Source: Malacoraja senta (lineage: Eukaryota). From it: a DNA stretch of 64,000 nt. Position 1 is the first letter of the stretch; each line of letters opens with the position of its first letter. A model generated the notes under the pieces. The model worked only from the letters and a program-made list of their open reading frames with translations, was not told the DNA's origin and ran no database searches. This document shows, one piece after another, positions 52,693 through 64,000 of this stretch. The stretch spans positions 14,756,001-14,820,000 of the forward strand of contig CM075989.1 in assembly GCA_038087875.1 (NCBI GenBank), read 5' to 3'. A program made the position numbers and the translations under genes.

Positions 52693-53526
52693 AAAGTAAT
52701 GAATCTTTTTCTTATTGAGGGATCCTAAATTAAGTGGATTAGATTTGATGAATCTATCTTCTATTAATGGAGATCTAAAAATCTGCGGTCCAAACTGGCA
52801 ACTGGATATTCAGTGCAGATTCCAACTGTCCAATGAAGACACTGGCTGGCCAACTGACAGGAAATTAATTGCAATTGATCTTCAATACCTCTTACATAGT
52901 TAAAAAGAAACAGGTGTAGATGACTTTTATAAACTGGAATATGTCATGAACAGAAATCTGGCAGAGTCCTTATAGTTTGCCAAATATGAGAATATAGTTG
53001 TAGTTCTTAAGATTCCTTTGTGTTCATATTTCTGGAATTTTGTTTGTCTCGCACTATTATAGCTGAAATTCTGTTATGTTTACTCACTCCTACACCCAAA
53101 ACATTCATTACAGAATTCCAAATATAACAGAAAATACTGGACGGTTCTCAGCAGGTTGGTGACACGATGGAGAAAGACATTCAACGTTTCCGTTGTGGAG
53201 GAACGGCCATCAATCCAAAATGCAAACTATGTCTCTCTCCGCAGATGCAGCCCAACATGCTGAGGAAGTCCAGTATTTTCTGTTTTTATTTTAAACATTT
53301 AGCCTCTGGTGGCTTTTAGTTTAGCAAATTCCTATTAGCTAGGATTGAATCAATCACGTATCAAATCAAAAACAAATCCCAAAGTTATATACAGTATCCT
53401 GCTCTATATCGGCCAATTTCAAATGGCGAGTTACATTCTGAATATCAAGTGAATGTAATTGTACAACTTAAATAATTTCAGAAACAAACAATTCTAAATC
53501 AACTGGATAAAAGAGCAAACTATTAC

Positions 53527-54971
53527 CATGGTCCAAATTGATTAATGTAATTGTCACCAAACAAGTGCTGATAGATGTATCCATCCAGGTCATCAAAACC
53601 ATCATGGTTGCCTTCTTGGTGCTCTGCAATATCTTCAAGATAATCTTCAACATCATTAACAAAATCAGAGAATAACATTTGGTCATGTATAAAAAGCCCA
53701 TTACGGAAAAAACGGTTGATAAATTTCTCCAGCTCACTCCAGCGTTGGAAGTCGACCATCTCTCGTTGAAGGTAATTATGGAGAAGCTCATGAAATTCTT
53801 CCATCTTGATGGGGTCAAGGACTTTATTAAATAGACTCAAAGATTCTTGGTGGGCACATTCAAAAACATCAGAGCAACCTTTAGGGCTCTTGTTGTGTGC
53901 ATGTTTTCCCAAGTGATCATGTTCACCCGATTCAAAATTGTGAGAGTTCTCAGTGTACATTGTGTGCGGTTTCCTTGAATTGCTACCATAGATCTCCTCA
54001 TGAGTGGCTTGTTTGGGTTTATGTTGATAGGAATCTTTGTCTCCATGAACACCATGTTGTCTGCACTTGTTCGTTTTACATGGGTGTTCGTTGTGACGTT
54101 GCTGGAATCCATGACGTCTAGTTTTCGCATCTGCGTCATCACGTCTCTTATTTTTGTGAAATAATTTTGTTGCTGAGTTTTGGAAGTTCTGGAATGTGGA
54201 TTTAACAGAATCAGAGAATCTCTTAAGATTTTCTTTAACAGCTTCTTTTGCCAGTTTAATCTTTTCTTTATGATGACGCACAAACTCTTTGGTTGAGTTT
54301 TTCACAGCGTCAAACGTATTCTTAAATGATCTTATAAAGCCTTTAGATTGCTTCTTTTTATCCCTAGTTCCATAAAACTCCCGATTTGTTTTTGTCTCTT
54401 GCTTCTTTGCTGTTTTCTTAGTTGCAGGGTCCGTGTTTTCTTCCTTTGATTCAATATAAAGTCTTTCCCACAAGTCAGAGCGTTGCTGTTCAAAATCCAA
54501 TTTTTTCTCTAGCTCTGCAAGTCTTGTTTGTAAACCTTCTGTTATTTTACCATCTCGGGCTGTATTAGGCATGGATTGAAAATGACTCAAGGTATCCAGT
54601 TCCTTACGCAGTACATCAGTTATTTCTCTTTCTTTATCCAATTCCTTTCTTAGCATCTGAGCCTCAGTCACAAGGGTCCCCTTCTGTAGAAGGAAACTGT
54701 GTACTTGTTGTTTTTCTTCTTCTAGATGATCCTTCAGTTTCTGGTTTTCCGTGATGATTGTTTCAGCATCCATTCCCTTTCCTTCCAATGTCCTGATTTG
54801 TTCCCTCAACTTCCGAAGCTCATTCTGCAACAAGGATAATGCTTTCTCTTCATGCTCCAGGGATTCTTTCATACGCTGGTTTTCTTTGGCAAGCACTTGC
54901 TGCTGTGACTCAACAGAAAGCCTCTCATCCACAGTCTCTTTTAAACGAGTTTCCAAGTTTTCTCCTTGTGA
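53527..54971 (-). CDS. CCPG1: CCPG1 large luminal-domain exon
   Basis: Contains LDFEQQRSDLWERLY, KNSTKEFVRHHKEKIK, KENLKRFSDSVKSTF and FIHDQMLFSDFVNDVEDYL, all characteristic of CCPG1. Acceptor ttattcag|TCA, donor CCATG|gtaata (phase 2). Confidence 0.97.
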
Positions 54972-55374
54972 CTGAATAATCATAATATAAATAGTTAAAT
55001 ATCCATTTATAAAGGCAATGTGCGTTATAAAGTCAGTTTATTAGTCATATTATGGGGCAACAAAATTAAATAGGAGCCAAAGTCTACATTTCAATAACTA
55101 TTAAGTACATGCTACATTTTAAAATATCCTTAATAGACCTATTGAAAGACCTCACTGAAATTATTGAAAATTCTAAATAGGTATCCCTTCTGCTGTTTAC
55201 TAGTTGATGGTCACACATATTTTTCAGAGAAGACTGTTCAGAATCACTGAAGCAGATGAGGAATCAAACTTTACTTTTTATTGTAACAATTTCTTTGGAA
55301 AAATAGAAATCTCATCTGTAGAAACCTTTAAGTTGTAGGTACCATCCCTAACTTGCTGGGAAATTTTAAGGAAA

Positions 55375-55938
55375 GTCGAACAACACCTCTGCTTCCTTCG
55401 AAGACTGAGGAGATTCAGTATGTCAATACTCTCTTGAACTTCTCCAGGTGTACAGGAGAAAGCATATTGACTGGTTGTATCAAGGCCTGGTTCAGCAACA
55501 CAAATGCTCACGAACAAAGATTACAAAAGTGGTGAACACTGCCCAGTCTAACATGAGTACTGACCTCCCCATTAGATCTATAGGAGTCTCTGCCTCAAAA
55601 AGGTAGCCAGCATTAGAGACCCGCACCACCCTGGCCAAACTCCTATTTCACTCCTGCCATTGAGGTGGTGGTATAGAAGCCTGTAAACTAACGTCCAGTT
55701 TCAGTAACAGCTTCTTCCCTACAACCATCAGGCTATTAAACACTACAACCTCCAAATAGGCTCCAAGTTAAATAGATTGGTGGGCATTTTCTTGTCTTTG
55801 CACTATTATTGCTTGTTATAGAACTTTTTGTTTTGTTTATTACAATGTTACAGTACTATATTTGCATTTGTGTTGTGCAGCTGCAAATAAGAATTTCATT
55901 GTTCTGTTTCGGGACATTTGACAATAAAACACTCTTGA
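55375..55938 (+). mobile_element. Rex1/Babar 3' fragment in a CCPG1 intron (shorter relatives at about 2690-2930, 8115-8340 and 43505-43875)
   Basis: ESILTGCIKAWF and a 3'UTR ending gacaataaaacactcttga, shared with the 12-kb element family. Confidence 0.8.
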
Positions 55939-57228
55939 AAATAATTTAATATTTCATTGGTAACACATCACTCCTCCGAGCATAGATAAATACTTTTGAG
56001 AGAAAGTGATTCACCAGGTCATCTAGGAACTCATTCGGGATGGCAAAAGTATATTGCCATCTGTGTACTTTTGTACTCTGTGTTCAGTCATCCACAGAAT
56101 GCCATGTAGTATACGAGCAAATAATCCCACAAACTAACATTTGTAGAAATGTAATGACTTCATTGTGCTGAATGGAATCAATTTACACTTGTTCTAAAAA
56201 GCCTTCTGATATCAGAATAATGATGCTAAAATTTAAATATTCACTGCATTGTCTAAACTAGAACACACAGAAATAACATTGACCCTAATATTTTTAGTTT
56301 TATACCATTGTAGATGTGAGAAAGTAATCAAAAGGCATCTTAGAATAGAGGGGAGGGTTAAAGAATAATATTGAATAGGGATGGAGGAGAATTAGAAAGT
56401 AATTTATGCATATTAATTATACTTAAAGTGAATGGATGGATTGTTCATGATGGCATCATTTATGAATTGCATTACACATGGAAAATATCTGCTAATTTCA
56501 CATATACAGAAATGCTTCATGGTTTCTGTAATCTGAACAGTCTTCTCTGTGGCCTTCTGTCAGGGGTTATGGGGAGAAGGCAGGTGAATGAGAATAAGAG
56601 GGAAAGATAGACCAGCCATGATTGAATGGCGGAATAGACTTGATGGGCCGAATGGCCCAATTCTGCTCCGATCACTTATGAACTTACAAACAACTTTGTC
56701 ACGGTGGAGAGGCTTGCATGTGTCTAAGATCTTGGGAGTCGAACCATTTGGAGAATAGGGTCAGCCATGGCAGGTTGTTCGAGGGGGAGGTTCCTGACAA
56801 AGTAGAGATTAACTCCTAACAGTCCATGGAGTTGGACCCAGGTAGGTATCTGTCAAGGATGGTGTGGTGGATGTTTGCGCATCAGTCTCTGCATGTTAAA
56901 AGATGTGTCTCACAGGCATCCACCTGGAGGGATATACTGCAATAAAGTCTGTGGCTCTGGAATCGGTCTTTTCAGCCATCTCAAGACCCACAGAAAGGAT
57001 CCACCAGGACACTCATACCCGACTTCAACAATCGATTATGATCTGAACAGTAGCACAAAACTAATTATTCAGGGTTGTTTGCTGGAGAATTTAGGTCAAT
57101 CTGGAGAATACTGACAGACCCAGTATTTAAACCATAATATTTGTTAACATTTTACTAATTTCAATACAAATAATGTGCTTTATATTATATCAAGAAAAGC
57201 AATACAGGTATCCAAGAGCAGTTAGTAC

Positions 57229-57354
57229 CTGAAGTTCTGCTTGTTTTTGTTTCAGTTGCTGATTCTCCCTTTTCATTTTATCCATTTGTTCAGTCAGTGT
57301 AAGAAGCATGTCAGGATCTTCCTTTTTGTCTTCTAAAAAATCTTCAGTTCCATC
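57229..57354 (-). CDS. CCPG1: CCPG1 coding exon (126 nt, phase 0-0), coiled-coil
   Basis: aattag|GATGGA...CTTCAG|gtacta. 42 open codons, DGTEDFLEDKKEDPDMLLTLTEQMDKMKRENQQLKQKQAELQ. Phases fit both flanking exons. Confidence 0.8.
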
Positions 57355-57469
57355 CTAATTTACAACGGGATATCTATAAATATTAGTGAAGCTAACATAA
57401 TAAATTATATTTATTACCATTAAAAATTGCAAATTATTTTGCTGTAATCTTATTTATTTCCCCAACTGG

Positions 57470-57965
57470 CTCTGGAGAGGGTCCAGAGGAGGTTTACAAG
57501 AATGATCCCAGGAATTAGTAGGTTAACCTATGATTAGCGTTTGTCGGCACTGGGCCTGTACTCACTGGAGTTTAGAAGATTGAGGGGGGCACCCCATTGA
57601 AACATACAGAATACTGAAAGATTTGGATAGAGTGGATGTGGAGATGTTTCCACTAGTGGGAGAGTCTAGGACTAGAGGTCATGGCCTCAGAATTAAAGGA
57701 TGTTCTTTTTGGATGGAGATGAGGAGAAATGTCTTTAGTCAGAGGGTAGTAAATCTGTGGAATTCTTTGCCACAGAAGGCTGGGGAGGCCAAGTCAGTGG
57801 ATATTTTTAAGGCAGAGATAGATAAGATTCTTGATGAGTACAGGTGCCACAGGTTATGGGGAGAAGGCAGGAGAATGGGGTTAGATCAGCCATGATTGAA
57901 CGGTGGAGTAGACTTTATGCGCCAAATGGCCCAATTCTACTCCCATCACTTATAACTTTTGACTT
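57470..57965 (+). mobile_element. CR1 3' end in a CCPG1 intron (related tails at 56555-56690 on + and 59431-59586 on -)
   Basis: LERVQRRFTRMIPG...FSQRVVNLWNSLP. Confidence 0.88.
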
Positions 57966-59287
57966 TATCCCAGACGCTTCATTCGCTGAATGTACTGACT
58001 GATGTTCAGTATCAGACAACACCACTTGCCTGTTATTTAATAAAATGTATAATTACTTAAGAATAGCCTCAACAGATAGTATAATCAAATTATGTACAAT
58101 ACAGACAGCATGCTGATCCTAATTGACTTCGAGTGGGGGATTGGGCAGCGTGGTTGGCAAACAAATATAAATATCTTGTGCTCATGATACTGTCCAGAAG
58201 AAACCTTTTTTTTCAGTATTATGGATGGGATTTGTCCCTCACCAGGCAAAATTTCCCATCCTTTTCCCCTGAAGTCCCCATTGGCAGATTTCCAGCAAAG
58301 CAAATTTCTATTTTCCCCAAACAGGGTCATGAGGGAGCGGCAGTCTCTGCTGATCCTGAAATCCTGGCCTTTGGGTCCTTTTACTTCAGGTGCCCAGACG
58401 TCTACAGGACAGCCAATTACCTAAGGAAATCCAATACGAAAATGTATTCCGACGTTTCTGGTCAAGACCCTTCTTCAGACTATCCAAGTATTTTAATATG
58501 CATGATCAACATTCTGCATGAAACGTTCAAACACATTTTCACATTGTATCTCTAAACCAAACATATTATACTTGAGGGAAGATAGTTGCAGAACTTGAAG
58601 TCAACTCGGGACAATTGTGCTTTGATAAGCAAAGCAGAATGAGCAAAACTAAAGTTATTTCGGAAACATGCCAAGGGAAAACTATTTTGTAAGTTACAGA
58701 ATCTGGAAAGGTCAACCTTGCTCAGAGAAAAACACCAATGCTACATTCCGAATCAACCAATCATGAATGTGCTAGACCAGAATTCAAGAGTTCTTAATAA
58801 TTTGGGAGTTGAATTTGGGTGATTGTGGTAGTGGTGGGGTGGATCTGGTGGTGAAAGAGGACAGTACAAGCACAAACCTAGAGAGGGAGAAAAATATGTT
58901 TGCATGAACATATTTATGCAATGGTTAGACAGAGAACATGGTCAATCTGGGAAGCAAAGTGAATAAGTTAAACAATCTAATTGCCAGGAATTGGAAAAGA
59001 ATGCCTGAAAACATACAAATGCCCAAAAGGCAAAGTGTTTGTAAATCCAGCAATTTTTCTCCTAAAGATTTTCAGAGGGCCTGCTCATCAATTAATCTCA
59101 ACAAATTCACACATTTTGAAAGTTGCATAACAGTGAAAGCCACACAAGAGTATTCAACAATTTGCAGTTTCACTGACGTGTTCAGAAATTGTTCCTCAGG
59201 AGACTAATCAATTTTGCTTCTTGACATACTGAATGCTAATATACATTATTTTTTTATTTATTTTACAATTACTTATTTTTTATTTTA

Positions 59288-59391
59288 TAATTTTATTGGG
59301 AGACTATTTATTTTGGCTGGGAATGAGGTACACAAGGTAAGCCTTGTTTCCCTCCTTCCCAACAAAAATAAATAATCTCCCAATAAAATTA
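59288..59391. repeat. 104-nt inverted repeat (hairpin) in a CCPG1 intron
   Basis: Outer arms 59288-59328 and 59351-59391 match at 37/41, continued by an inner stem with a 4-nt loop. Confidence 0.9.
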
Positions 59392-59597
59392 CACAAGGTA
59401 AGCCTTGTGTCTGTGAAACAATGATTTAATGACATAGAAACATAGAAAATAGGTGCAGGAGGAGGCCATTCGGCCCTTCGAGCCATTCATTGTGATCATG
59501 GCTGATCGTCCCCTATCAATAACCCGTGCCTGCCTTCTCCCCATATCCCTTGACTCCACTAGCCCCTAGAGCTCTATCTAACTCTACCATTACCTAC

Positions 59598-59719
59598 CAT
59601 ACTGTCTGCATAGGGGTCTTGATCCTTTTGGCACTGAAAGAGATCATCCTTCATATCATTCAATTCTTCTTCATGGATTCTTTTTACAATTTTCTGCAGT
59701 TCTTGTATTTGGGTCGTCC
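59598..59719 (-). CDS. CCPG1: CCPG1 coding exon just after the TM segment (122 nt, phase 1 to 0)
   Basis: Translates (G)TTQIQELQKIVKRIHEEELNDMKDDLFQCQKDQDPYADSM, matching recalled human GTIQIQKRQQLVRKIHEDELNDMKDYLSQCQQEQ. Acceptor ttgcag|GG and donor ATG|gtaggt. Upstream exons (LIR/FIR motifs, TM) were not found and probably lie beyond 64000. Confidence 0.93.
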
Positions 59720-62700
59720 CTGCAATTATCCAAAACAAAACATACCATCGCACTATCAAAAAAAGACTTTTGGATATTATCTTACCAGTGCATTACTGGA
59801 TGGTTACTTGATAAATATGGAAGATCTACCATTCACATGTAAGTGATGAGATAATGATTTGTGAAACAAATGCAGTAATGCAACCCAAAGAATATCTATA
59901 ACCACACTTTTCTAAAGTGTTCTTTATATAAATGTGACGGTTGATATTTCATTAGTTGTAGCAGTCAGGTCATCTATACTTTAAACAAGCATTCAACTCT
60001 TCACTTTCTTCAGCTTCAATTGAAAATTAATGTTTACCCTACTTTGTGCACATAAATGTATGTGTTTCGCACATTAACAAATGATCATTTCCACGAGTTA
60101 AAAAAGATTTTGCAAGAATAAAGCAATTGTTTTTTGAGCTTTCACTTTTGCAGATCATCCAAGTTGTGCAAAATGATCACCAGAATAAAGTGATGACACT
60201 CTAAGTCAATGAGCAGGCCAATATTAAGCTACAAACACAAAAGTGCTTTAAATTATTCACTGGATGCAAAATCAACTCTGCAGATGAGGCCGGATTTCCT
60301 GAAAGTTGCCAACATTTTGTTTTACTTTAGATAGCCAAAAGCCTATTAATTAGTATATGTACACAAAATTACATTTGAAACTACTCACTTAACTTATCCA
60401 ATTTTCTTTTCTTAAATTTTAGGTACAACACTATTACAACTGCCGTGTGGTCCTCTGAGGCGGAGAACCAGTTTTTCCCCGTACATAATGTCTTAACCGG
60501 CAAAGGTAAAATCCATCCAATACAAGCTTCCCTATACTCGCTCAATTTTTTAAACTAGAATTTACAAAAATTGTGTTCTTTTTCTCTTGATATTTAAATA
60601 TTAGTTTTTTGTTTTGAAAAGTTGCACCTTAATTCATGTAGTTTCTCCCAATTTAATAAGACACTTTTTTTCAGTCAATTTAATTTATATTTTCTTCTAC
60701 CAATTTCCAGGCAGCCACCAACTAAACCCTTTGGCCCATTTTCAAATGAGATAACCCAGGAGGCAAACTTCTCATCCCTGCTCTTAATTTTTAAAGCATT
60801 AGTTCATAGCACTGTTGCGCCAGATTATTTTTTAATGCTTATTAATGCAGCCAGTTGGGTCCTCTAAATATTGTTATATTTTAAAGGGAGAGCAATAGTT
60901 GAAGGTTTGCATGGCATTTGAAAATGCAAGTATAATCTTGTTTTTACAAAACCCATCTTGATGTTCAAATTTTCACTTATAGCTCTTGAAATTTCAAATA
61001 AATTGGTGACACCCGAAAAAGTCACCTCAACAGTAACTAATGAACAATAATTTTTTGTGTATACATGCAGTTGTCTGATTCAATTCAATAATGCAGATAT
61101 ATTTCCCTCAGATTTAGTGTCTCACACTGGCATGTTGAGGAAAAGAGATTCAGTGGACATGCACAAAGTAAATGGCCAATACAGTGAAGTATCAACTCAC
61201 AAATAAACCTAAACAAATAATTCACAAGTTCAAGCAAGAACTGCATTTAGATTATATCTGCAATTGAGGATCAGAACAGTTCGGCAGTTTTCTTGATGGT
61301 CTAATGAACAAAAATATCCTTAGACAAAGCTCAAAGCCATGTAGCCTAGAAGATCCAAGATTGGTTTTCAGATGCATAAAACCGAAGGAGTGCCAGATTT
61401 AGCCTTACCCCATAGACTGGGACCAGAGAGCTAACAATTATTGAAGCACAGGGCAAGGAAATAAATGGGAGTAAAACAAGAACATAAAAAGTATAATATA
61501 TAATAACATAAAAAATTAGGAATATTGGAGACAAGTGAATTTAGGCCGCATCAGTTTGATTATTATTTTTCCTGATTTAGCACTGACTACTGTGTATATT
61601 CTTTTCGAACGAGTTACTTTTAGTTCAAAAGAAACCAAAATAATGTAAAAAGTATCCTCTATTCAGAAATATTTCAACAATATAGCTCAAAGATCGAGGA
61701 ATAATAATCACTGTTTCTCATTAAACAAATTATAACTGCATTGAAACAGTTTCCTTGTGCAAACTAGTGAAACAGGGAGACTATGTTTTATTAAATATTG
61801 GCTTTCATCCTAGTTGGTTCTCTTGAGCCAGAAGCATCTTCGACTAATTTCAAGAGGCTTATATAATAAAGAAATGGCCAATCAATACTAGCTTCTGGTA
61901 TACATGGTGCACAAATCAAAAGAGCCACAACTTTATATGCATTGGAGAACATGTTTTTTTAAAAGCTGATCTTCACGAGTGTCTATAATATGAGCATGAA
62001 TTCAATTTGTTGGGGTAGAACCAGTGCAGTAGATAAATATTGCTACACCAGAGAGAGATCACTTCATTAAGGTGAAAATTAACAAGCCAGAAGTGAGAGC
62101 GAAAAATTGAGTGTAAAAGTGTACAGTTAAGAGCACTGACTTAGTATATGTTCCAAGTAATAAGCAATCCCCATATGTACTCTATCTTTTTGAAATTCTA
62201 AGTATAAACTTAAAATATACATTTTAAAGCATTTTTTTTAAAGAAAAAGTTTAATGGGGGCTATCAAGAGCAAGGATGGCCTTCTCATACTCCCCATTAT
62301 TTCAAATGAGCTTCGTCTCACCCCTCTTCAGAGGCAACTGGCTGCCATCTTGAAAGTCTCCTAAACAGGGATCAAGTATTAAATTCGCAGGTTAGTCTCA
62401 ACCCCAAATGCATGTATTTCAACAGAGACGATACATATACTAAAAAATGCAAGTACATGCGCAGGATTACAATCAGCTATGTGTGTATACACATATAAAC
62501 AGACACAAATGCCTTAGGCAACATGACAGACAACTGAAAGTGTGGCAGTGCAGCTTCATTTACCATTACACTTCACATTCTGGCCCCGTTTGGTGATCAA
62601 AGGTAAACAGCCATAAGGGGATTTCGAATGGTGTGGCATTGTAAAACATGACCTATGGATCACATTTTAATAATGTGGCATTTCATTCATGGATTTGATG

Positions 62701-63696
62701 ATTTACGATTTATAATGTATTCTATTTCACTGCATCTATATTTGATTACCAAAATCAAATATCAATATGTCTAACTTGCTATTAATTGCAATTGTGCCCA
62801 CAAAAGAGACAATGATTAGTTGGGTGAGTATTTGCATATGGCAAATGCAACTAAATGTGGAGGATATACGATATATACACAAAATAAATTATCCTTACAA
62901 CCATGACAAACCCAAATGTGTGTTCAATGTTTTAGACAGTTCAGACATTTTCTCTTCTTGGCATACATCTTTTCTGAGCATGCACTTTCACATTGTAGCT
63001 TATGTGTAGGGTTTCATTGAATAGGTATAGGTATACCTTACAATTTCTATAAACAGCTTAACAAACCTCAATGAGCAATGTCACAATAAAATTATACAAT
63101 GACTTTTAAAAGATAAAAACGTATGCAATAAATCCAAATGAAACATAGTGGACAGGAATATTATATTGGTTCATGCTTATATTATTTGTACTTGGATATT
63201 TCAAGTTCATTTTCACTCTTCCCCCCCCCCCCCCCAAAAAAAAAGTAATGCAAATGTTCAAAAGCATTTTCCATTCTTAAAAGTCATGCATTGTATTTTT
63301 GCATTCACCAAAGCACATTTTTTCTAAACGTTCATGCATATATATATATATATATATATTTAAAGTAAATTATCAAAACTTAACATCAATATTGCAATCT
63401 AACGATCAAGATTTTTTGCATGCTACAATAAATAAAAGATTCTAAATGTTGTATATTGCACCAACTAATTTCAATAAATATGTACATGCTGAAACAATGG
63501 AAATTGAAAAAAGTGTTAGGGGCATTTATTCTACATAGCCAACCAATATTAAACCAAATTGTACATGCTCTGAATGCTGCTGACTCAAATCCAAATGTTC
63601 AATATGAAGAAACCTTGTCTTAACTACTGCACGCATTATCGTTGGCTCAAATGGAAAAGTATCGTTAAAACCATATTATTGTTAAAACAAAACATG

Positions 63697-64000
63697 GGTG
63701 GCACGTGGCACAGATGTAGAGTTGCTGCCTTACAGCCCAGACACCCGTGATCGATCCTGACTACGGGTGCTGTCTGTGCGGAGTTTGCACGTTCTCCCTG
63801 TGACCACATGGGTTTTTCCCGGGAGCTCCGGTTTCCTCCCACACTCCAAACACGTGCAGGTTTGTAGGCTAACTGGCTTTGGTAAAAACTGTAAATTGTC
63901 TCTAGGGTAGTGTTATAGTGTACGGGGGTCGCTGGTTGGCGCAGACTCTGTGGGCCGGAGGGCCTGTTTCCGAGCTGTATTGCTAAACTAAACTAAACTA
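63697..64000 (+). mobile_element. tRNA-derived V-SINE (HE1-like)
   Basis: Same architecture as the 32240 copy, ending (CTAAA)n. Older or partial copies at about 13360-13570, 14925-15050 and 46640-46680. Confidence 0.88.

Noticed and set aside
53837-54975. Alternative-frame and antisense ORFs inside the large CCPG1 exon
   Set aside because: Shadow ORFs of a real coding exon.
61346-61534. Hydrophobic ORF ending ...PVYG|gtaagg as the CCPG1 transmembrane exon
   Set aside because: No similarity to the expected [22 protein letters not shown] segment, and the hydrophobicity is explained by T-rich sequence.

Overview
Repeat-rich vertebrate genomic DNA. The repeat families (V-SINE/HE1-like, DeuSINE, CR1, Rex1/Babar, RTE, L1, Penelope-derived palindromes) point to a cartilaginous fish, probably a skate or ray (inference). 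Genes, all on the minus strand: (i) the 3' part of CCPG1, four coding exons at 59719-59598, 57354-57229, 54971-53527 and 52108-51907, whose splice phases join in frame; (ii) the microprotein gene PIGBOS1 (47489-47220) in a CpG island; (iii) a CpG-island promoter with non-coding first exon(s) near 27.2-27.55 kb, probably RAB27A by synteny, whose coding exons are not in the window. Main observations: PIGB, which lies between PIGBOS1 and CCPG1 in human, is not detectable and has only about 3.3 kb of mostly repeat sequence available. The PIGBOS1 start-codon region is amplified into an 8-copy minisatellite that is both a uORF array and a YY1-site array. A very abundant Penelope-derived element, often palindromic and flanked by target-site duplications (TSDs), carries a minimal hammerhead-ribozyme-like core. 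Also present: a young L1 with an uninterrupted 793-codon frame, an extra PBXIP1-like CCPG1 exon, and a 104-nt intronic hairpin. Most entries in the ORF track are repeat-derived or spurious. Comparisons with human genes are from memory, not from alignments.
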